Positions 31,496 through 34,906 of a DNA stretch of 34,906 nucleotides are shown piece after piece; the first letter of the stretch is position 1; each line of letters opens with the position of its first letter. A model generated the notes under the pieces. That model saw nothing but the letters and a program-made list of their open reading frames with translations, did not search any database and was not told where the DNA came from. The translations under genes and the position numbers were made by a program. The DNA comes from Salisapilia sapeloensis CBS 127946. Taxonomy: Eukaryota; Protista; Oomycota. The stretch lies in the NCBI GenBank assembly GCA_023334545.1, contig JAADVB010000205.1:1-34906 (forward strand). Reading direction: 5' to 3'.

Positions 31496-33030
31496 ATGAC
31501 GTCGACACTACTTCGTATTGGAATTATCTATTCCCATGGACAAGATTTGTCTGTTGAGCAAGAACTACTTGCAAAGTATATTGCCTTGAGCTTGGGAGTA
31601 TCACCGAATGGTCGACGCATTCGTGTGAGTCTTATTGGTGTCTCCTCAGAGGGTACTGCCCATGCTTCGAAGGAGAGGGAGGTTACGCACTTGCAAGTGC
31701 CGAATGATAGTAGAGTAATAGCTGTTGGGAAGGAAGGGAGTATGTATGATAGCTTTGCCTTGGAGTCGAAAAAGCTGCAAGAGTGTCGTATATGGTTTTT
31801 ACTACTGGATGCTCATGCCATGGACACGACTGTGCTCAAGCAATTGCAAGAGCAGAGCGAGAAGAACGAGTCGGAGGAAAAACGTATCATTTGTAGTCTA
31901 CAGACTTCTGTCCTACGTCCTCAAATCTTAGATAATGCGTACGATTTCCATGTACGACACAAGTACGATAGTACTCATGTACTTGTAGATTCCCATCCTG
32001 CACCATCGTACAAGGAGGTGTTGGCTTCCAACCGACTGTCAATAATCAAGGCGTCCTATCTGCCCAGTCGAACGGATCTCTCTTCGTCGAAAGACTCACG
32101 TACTCGTCTATTCTATCCACCTCGAAGTAAGGATCTGAATATTTGTTACGCAGCAAGGTTAAAGAGAAGGCAGTCGTCGTGATCGATCTACTGGAAGCAG
32201 CAAACTTCCATGTACTCAGCCGCCCTAATATTGCAGGTACACAACGCATCCGACTAGCCTTTATTATATATTTTTATTCTGTACGATGTAGCATTGCGAT
32301 GGGGATGTGTCATGGTCCGATCCTTCTACTACATCTCTGCAGTGACTGGCCTTCCAATTCACGAAGCCCTTCGAGATCGTTCTTGTCGCATTTACTTCCT
32401 CCAGATCCTGCATGAGGTTTCATTTGCGTTTCATACTGTCATGAAGCGAGTGGAGAAAGCATCGGAGAGTGCTTCTACGTGGTATCCAGATAGCATCCCA
32501 ATGTCTTTCTTGTCCATCGATGCGATGATGAACCTCTTACCACTACCGAATACTGTCTTCAATCACATCATCCTAAACCTTCCGTTCGTCGATGACTTTG
32601 GCCTGACGTCGACTCCATCAGTCAAATCGATCACAAACGTATTGAGCTTATAGAGACCTCATGGATGTATGCTAATAGTTTCGACTAGTACGACGTATCG
32701 ATGGGACTGACGACGCCGTTCGACACTGACTTTCGTGACGTGTTTGAACTAGCCAAGGGTGAAGACCAAGAGCTTCACGCACTCACATTCCTTGGACAGA
32801 CAGTCGATCGAATGACCTTAAAGAACCGAGAGAAGAAGCCTAGTGGAGATAAAGTAGAAACCGTTGATAGTAGAGCCTTGTTGGCCAGTGCTCAATTGGA
32901 CACGAAAGTGGCACGTCGTGCGGCTCGGTGGTTCATCCTCCGTCTCCTGATAACGATTGCTGCCACTGTGTTCGTCGTGTGGTACTTTTGGACCGTGCTC
33001 TCCCATCCGAAAGCTTCCAAGTTTCTTTAA
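31496..33030 (+). CDS. Degenerate ketopantoate-reductase (ApbA/PanE)-like protein with C-terminal transmembrane helix, 441 aa
   Basis: Exons 31496-31938, 31989-32099, 32154-32236, 32292-32638 and 32689-33030, with GT-AG introns of 50, 54, 55 and 50 nt and consistent phases. The spliced segment ICSLQ...AFPSCTIVQGGVGF...NIAALRWG...ISAVTGLPIHEALRDRSCRIYFLQILHE resembles the ApbA/ApbA_C pattern. The gene structure is more certain than the family call. Confidence 0.65.
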
Positions 33031-33047
33031 GTTGGAATCAACGGCAT

Positions 33048-34183
33048 TTACTCCTCTTCTTTGTGCCATCCTAACTTTTTACGTTCCTGTAGCTCTGCAG
33101 CATACTTTTCTGCAGCTCTCTTCCGAATAATGAAGAGACTGTTGTCAAAGAGACCGCAGAAACGTTGCCACATCGTCAGAGGAGGGAGCTCTCCACCACT
33201 GCGTCGTATGAACTTTGTTACTTCCTGAATCTTCATCTTCCTTTCGACGATCTTGGACCAGCACCTTTCGCCTAATGTCGATGATCGCACGTTCTTTTGC
33301 ATATTTATAATCGGATAAAAAGCTGCTGGGAAGTGTCGGGCGAACTGCATGAACTCAGATAAATCGACCAGTCCATCGGATGTATGTCTTCGAAGCTTCC
33401 GCTTAGCTGGACTTCCGTCATGCGATTTGCCTTGGAGCATCGCTATGGCTGTCTCGACGTTCTTCGGGAAAGAGAATTGTGAACTTTGAAGCTCCGTGCT
33501 CATCTTTATGAACTCGTTTTCGTCCAAACTACCCGATAGGTCAGCATCGTACAAGTTAAACACGTACTCGAAGAGCTCTGGTTTGGTTAGAACAGCAAAG
33601 CTAGTGATGCAGCGAACGTACTGATCAAATGTAATCAGTTTGGCGTGTGCATCGACATCTCCGAAGGTAAATATGCCTCGAGTGATCGGACGAGGCTCCT
33701 CTTGGATCATGTAGAAGAGCTCGGCTTGAGTAATTTCGCCACTATCATCCCAGTCATGACGTTAGAGTAGGAAGTTGGTAAGAAGCAATGAACGTACGTA
33801 TGATACATGTCATTCTCATCGAATTGACGTTTAAGCTTGCGGATATTAGAGTACGAGAGACCGAGCGAATAGCAAAGCTGCTCGCATTTAAAAGTACGAA
33901 AGAATGGCTCGTAGAAACCTCTAGCAGGAGGTTCCGCTTCCTCTTCTTTCTCCTCACGTACGACTTCTCCGCTGTCTTTATGATGCTTACGAGGCAATTT
34001 CTTGGGTTGAGGTGGAACTTGTCCTAGATCCACGAGACCGAGGCTTGGCTCTTTCGTGATTCCAACTTTGGAGCTTCGGCCCTTCTTGATTTTCTTTTGA
34101 GCAATCTTTTTCTTTTTAGGCTTGATCTTGGAGCTCGGTGGTGCTTTAGCTCCTTCTTCACCTTTTTGCGACCATAGCTTCAT
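33048..34183 (-). CDS. EF-hand calcium-binding protein with a Lys-rich N-terminal extension, 359 aa
   Basis: Exons 34183-33798 and 33741-33048 (56-nt intron that completes the loop DMYHT|GEITQAE). Canonical loop DADLSGSLDENE plus degenerate loops. ATG is at 34183. Confidence 0.8.
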
Positions 34184-34548
34184 GTTCACTCGCTTCCTGA
34201 GATCGAGGAGCTATGGCAAGTTCAAACAGCCTGGATATTTGAGTAGCTTGGTGTTCCGATAACCGCCGTCGCATCTTATCCCGAAATAGAGATATGAAAA
34301 AGCATTCCTATACCTGTGCTTTTTACATATACTTTGTAAATATTTTTCTCCATAAAAAGTAATAGAAAGCTTTATAGCTTGATCTTCTGACTCGGAGTTC
34401 ATATGAAGAGAAATGCAGTGTTATCATATAGCCCTGTATTCGCGGTCTGATAATTACGTAGTGACTCTTGCTGCGTGATATGTGTCTCCATCATAGCCAC
34501 AGCTATCGATGATCTCGGTACTCTGACCGTACGCGCACGACAATCTAG

Positions 34549-34906
34549 GACAGCGATCGAGCCTACGAGCAATCGGTGTACCTTGAACGGTCGCAGACAT
34601 ACTTTGATCCTTTTAGAGACGAAGGAATGACTTGTAGACACTCTAGACCAGTCCACTACATACTTTCGAGCATTCTCTATTCGTATATGCCAAAATTGGA
34701 AATTTGAAAAACGAGTACGGTCGTCGACTCAAGCTCGCTGTCTTGGGTTTTGCGCTTGGGGATGTTTTGTTGGCGGCTTGGCTGCTCTGAGGTATACAAA
34801 AAGCTAGTCACTCAAACCAACAGCGCTAACTGGAAGGAAAGTGTTGCGAATTCTGGGCTCACTAGCTTTTTGTATGATCTCGAAAAGTCGCGGATTGAGC
34901 GAACAC
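34549..34906 (+). CDS. Possible partial gene running off the right edge
   Basis: Protein-like frame 34549-34682 follows a TAG acceptor. A putative 51-nt intron (34683-34733, GT..AAG) joins it in frame to an open frame that continues to the window end (...EVYKKLVTQTNSANWKESVANSGLTSFLYDLEKSRIERT). No recognisable domain. Confidence 0.3.

Overview
Gene-dense eukaryotic nuclear DNA, not prokaryotic, so the six-frame ORF track splits or fuses most genes at spliceosomal introns. I infer an oomycete or close stramenopile with a flagellated stage. The clues are an oomycete-type Inr+FPR core promoter at 7-22, an outer-dynein-arm docking subunit, a p25alpha protein, a mitochondrial HslU and an oomycete-style PX protein. 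I reconstructed 20 complete protein-coding genes by hand, plus a possible partial gene at the right edge. They encode an LEA-like repeat protein, a p25alpha/TPPP-like protein, ODAD1/CCDC114-like, aspartate-semialdehyde dehydrogenase, PPP1R42-like LRR, DDX3/Ded1, a PTGR3-like reductase, a KA1-like/helical protein, PECR (ends in SKL), an unknown multipass membrane protein, a hypothetical protein, a PX protein, Las1, HslU, Listerin/LTN1, UBL3/MUB, an F-box/pseudokinase/LRR protein, SYS1, a degenerate ketopantoate-reductase-like protein and an EF-hand protein. The 22 frame-consistent introns are all 49-59 nt, and one has a GC donor. I found no rRNA, tRNA, CRISPR array or intact transposon. I see no convincing multi-gene novel system. 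The best leads are single-gene oddities (tail-anchored ASADH, a membrane-anchored dead ApbA-like enzyme, the F-box pseudokinase, twin Cys motifs on the PX protein) and genome architecture (14 genes in strictly alternating orientation, 17-74 bp convergent gaps, a 67 bp head-to-head gap with a palindromic double initiator). All family calls come from motif recognition by eye, not database searches.
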